Origin: an uncultured delta proteobacterium
GTDB taxonomy: Bacteria > Desulfobacterota > Desulfobaccia > Desulfobaccales > 0-14-0-80-60-11
NCBI GenBank assembly: GCA_963709285.1
Contig: CAVPVR010000003.1
Location: forward strand, 160,855 to 224,854
Direction of reading: 5' to 3'
Length of the DNA: 64,000 nucleotides
In this document: positions 61,700 through 64,000 of the stretch, piece by piece
Position numbering within the stretch: position 1 is the stretch's first letter
How the letters are laid out: the number at the start of each line of letters is the position of its first letter
Notes under the pieces: model-generated
What the model saw: the letters and a program-made list of their open reading frames with translations, nothing else
Database searches by the model: none
Told to the model about the DNA's origin: nothing
Program-made: the position numbers and the translations under genes

Positions 61700-63463
61700 A
61701 TGCGTCTCTCAGAGACTACCCAGGAAATCCTTTTTCTCTTTTTTTGCCTCCTGATAGGTTGCCTGGCCGCTGGTGGGGCCCTGGCTTTCCGGGCCTTGAT
61801 CGAGGTGGGCCAGTGGCTTTTCTGGCCTCCAGGCGTGCATTTCCTGGAAAAGGTGCTGCACGCCCCCTGGTGGTGGAAACTTCTCCTGCCCACCCTGGCC
61901 GGCTTGGCCATCGGTCCGGTCATCGTTTATTTGGCCCCCCAAGTTAGGGGCCCTGGAGTTCCCGAGGTCATCGAAGCCGCGGCTCTGCGGGATGGCTATA
62001 TCGCCCCCCGGATCACCTTGCTGAAGCCCTTGTGCACCGGGCTGATTATCAGCGCCGGAGGCTCGGTGGGACGGGAAGGTCCGGTGGTGCACATCGGCTC
62101 GGCCCTGGGTTCCACCCTGGCCCAAGTGTTCCGTCTCAAGCCGGAACAGACCAGAATTTGCCTGGCTTGCGGGGCCGCCGCGGGGATTGCCGCCACCTTT
62201 AATGCTCCTTTTGCCGGAACCATGTTCGCCGTGGAGATCATCCTGGCTGATCTCCAGATCGCCTATCTGAGCCATATCGTCCTGGCCGCGGTGGTCGCCA
62301 CGGTCATCTCCCGGCAGTTTTTAGGCGATTTCCCCACGGTGGCCGTGCCTCATTTCGCCTTTGACCATCCTGGTGAACTGCTCCTGCACCTCATCCTGGG
62401 GGTCATGGCCGGTCTAGTGGCTCTCCTGTTTATCCGGGGGATCTTTGCCACTGACACCCTGGTGAGCAAACTTCCCGGACCGGCCTGGTTAAAGCCTGCG
62501 GGCGGCGGCTTCCTGCTGGGCTTACTGGGACTCGTCTCTCCCTATGTCCTGGGGGTGGGCTATGATTCCATTAACCTGATGTTGGCCGGGGAAATTGCCC
62601 TGAAGCTCAGCCTGGTGATTCTAGGGATCAAGTTACTGGCCACCATGGTCTGTTTGGGGTCCGGGATGAGTGGCGGAATTTTTGCCCCGTCTCTGGTGGT
62701 GGGCGCCACTCTGGGGACCATCCTGGCCCTGACCACCAACATGCTGGCGCCACAACTCGCCTTGCACCCGGCGGACTATGTGCTGGTGGGCATGGGCGCC
62801 GTGGTCAGCGGCGCCACCCTGGCCCCCATCACCGCCATTCTGACCATCTTTGAGTTGACCAATACCTACCGCATTATCGTCCCCGCCATGGTGGCCTGCA
62901 TCTCCAGCATGCTGGTGGTCCGGTATTTATACGGCTATTCCGTCTATGAAACCAAAATGCTCCGTAAGGGAGTCAATATTGTCCGGGGCCATGAGGTGAA
63001 TATTTTGCGTTCCCTGAAAGTAGAAGATCATCTGAGGACCGACATGGAAGTGCTCCACGAAAACACCCCCTTACACGAGATTCTCAGCCGGGCCGAGGCC
63101 AGCCATTATCCTTTTTTCGTGATGCTCAATGACCAGGAGGAACTGGTAGGGGTGTTGTCACTCTGGGACCTGCGCTATGCCTTGCCCTATGCCGAAGAAT
63201 TGGGACACCTGGTGGTGGCTTCTGAACTGATGACCAAGGAAGTGGTGACGGTTTTCCCCTACGATAATTTTGAGACCGCGCTCAGCAAACTGGAGGGTCA
63301 AAATATTTCCTATCTTCCCGTGGTCTTGCCCTGGGCGCCTCGGAAAGTGGCCGGCATTCTGCGCCTCGAAGATGTGTTGGCGGCTTATAATCAGAAGATT
63401 CTCAAGGAAAGTATGTTGCGGAGACCCTGGCAGCCCCTCAAGCTGCCTTTCTGGCGTAAATAG
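61700..63463 (+). CDS. ClC-family chloride channel/antiporter with C-terminal CBS pair
   Basis: The ATG at 61700 follows GGTGGGAG. The selectivity motifs are GREGPVVHIG and GMSGGIFAPSL, plus GAAAGIAATFNAPFAG. The C-terminal CBS repeats include …ELVGVLSLWDL…. The track ORF begins 25 codons earlier. Confidence 0.9.
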   Translation: MRLSETTQEILFLFFCLLIGCLAAGGALAFRALIEVGQWLFWPPGVHFLEKVLHAPWWWKLLLPTLAGLAIGPVIVYLAPQVRGPGVPEVIEAAALRDGYIAPRITLLKPLCTGLIISAGGSVGREGPVVHIGSALGSTLAQVFRLKPEQTRICLACGAAAGIAATFNAPFAGTMFAVEIILADLQIAYLSHIVLAAVVATVISRQFLGDFPTVAVPHFAFDHPGELLLHLILGVMAGLVALLFIRGIFATDTLVSKLPGPAWLKPAGGGFLLGLLGLVSPYVLGVGYDSINLMLAGEIALKLSLVILGIKLLATMVCLGSGMSGGIFAPSLVVGATLGTILALTTNMLAPQLALHPADYVLVGMGAVVSGATLAPITAILTIFELTNTYRIIVPAMVACISSMLVVRYLYGYSVYETKMLRKGVNIVRGHEVNILRSLKVEDHLRTDMEVLHENTPLHEILSRAEASHYPFFVMLNDQEELVGVLSLWDLRYALPYAEELGHLVVASELMTKEVVTVFPYDNFETALSKLEGQNISYLPVVLPWAPRKVAGILRLEDVLAAYNQKILKESMLRRPWQPLKLPFWRK

Positions 63464-63498
63464 GACGAAACCGGCGGGGAAGAGCGCCTCTCACCCTG

Positions 63499-63924
63499 CT
63501 ATTTGCCTGCCAGACGCCAAAGATCCAGAAGACTTAACACCGCCACAATTCGCTTGGCTTCATCCACCACCGGGATTTCTTTGATATTGCTGTGAATCAT
63601 CCGGTCCAGAACCCGGTCGAGGTCCTCTTCTTTCCGGGCGTACACCACATTTTTGTCCATCAAATCAATGACGTTGGCCGAGGTCAGGCGGGTCAACAGT
63701 GAACGTACATGGAACAAAGGCTTGTGGCGGGCCGCGGTCAGGTGTCGGATCAGCACTCCCAAGGATACGGTGCCCAAGAGCCGCTCTTCGGCGTCCACCA
63801 CATAAATGCCCCGCACTTGGCGCTGATCCTTAATCTTGTCAGCGACTTCTTCCAAGGTGCACTCCCCCCCCACCACCAGGTAGGGTAAGCCGGCCAACTG
63901 GGAGAGAGCCTCACTGACCTTCAT
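63499..63924 (-). CDS. CBS-domain pair protein
   Basis: MKVSEALSQLAGLPYLVVGG…VRGIYVVDAEERLLGTVSLGVLI…IKEIPVVDEAKRIVAVLSLLDL gives 141 aa. The ATG lies at 63922-63924 after GGAGGGGG. Confidence 0.82.
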   Translation of the reverse strand: MKVSEALSQLAGLPYLVVGGECTLEEVADKIKDQRQVRGIYVVDAEERLLGTVSLGVLIRHLTAARHKPLFHVRSLLTRLTSANVIDLMDKNVVYARKEEDLDRVLDRMIHSNIKEIPVVDEAKRIVAVLSLLDLWRLAGK

Positions 63925-64000
63925 ACACTTCCCCCTCCATGGCGGTCTCGCCCGCTTGCACCAGCGCATATTTGACCAGCGGCGGGGCGATGAGTTCATT
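63911..64000 (-). CDS. 3' end of an unidentified upstream gene (partial, runs off right edge)
   Basis: The minus-strand frame reads …NELIAPPLVKYALVQAGETAMEGEVYEGQ followed by a stop (TGA at 63913-63911). It overlaps the CBS gene start by 14 nt. There is too little sequence to name. Confidence 0.3.
   Translation of the reverse strand, partial: NELIAPPLVKYALVQAGETAMEGEVYEGQ

Overview
This is a 64-kb chromosomal window from a bacterium of roughly 55-60% GC with Gram-negative-type gene content. A selenocysteine formate dehydrogenase, MoaA, LptF/G, a TonB receptor and a long SRP RNA suggest an anaerobic Thermodesulfobacteriota or deltaproteobacterium-like lineage, but that placement is inference only.

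Layout:
- Positions 1-21.7 kb (all minus strand) form one contiguous translation/transcription supercluster. Its order is tRNA-Thr/Tyr/Gly/Thr, tuf, rpmG, tRNA-Trp, secE, nusG, rplK-rplA-rplJ-rplL, rpoB, rpoC, rpsL, rpsG, fusA, a second tuf, rpsJ, rplC, rplD, rplW, rplB and the start of rpsS.
- The remainder is mixed housekeeping. It holds selA, a J-domain protein, HU, LptF/G, MotAB, ComEC, a lytic transglycosylase, a LivK-like binding protein, gyrA, gpsA, pfk and metG.
- It also holds an NlpC/P60 lipoprotein, a histidine kinase, a cobalamin-riboswitch-controlled TonB receptor operon, moaA, a glycosyltransferase trio, a selenocysteine formate dehydrogenase, ctc, SRP RNA, ihfB, a ClC channel and CBS proteins.

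Most interesting observations:
1. A 1.5-kb low-GC island sits between the LivK-like gene and gyrA. It carries an orphan MntA-type nucleotidyltransferase, a HepT toxin stub cut off after 21 codons, and a 314-aa protein. That protein combines a zinc ribbon, a winged-helix-like middle and a nucleoside-deoxyribosyltransferase/TIR-like C-terminal domain. It is my best candidate for an undescribed defence or effector gene.
2. A family of heptanucleotide-tandem-repeat hairpin elements fills five intercistronic spacers of the ribosomal superoperon exactly, from stop codon to Shine-Dalgarno. One copy carries a four-helix-bundle (23S-IVS/Avd-like) ORF in its loop.
3. About 30 single-nucleotide frame disruptions, apparently almost all insertions, are concentrated in seven genes: rplB, rplD, one tuf copy, fusA, gyrA, pfk and fdhA. 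The 8.4 kb of rpoB plus rpoC has none.

All protein-family calls rest on my reading of the supplied translations and on motifs recalled from memory. No database search was run.
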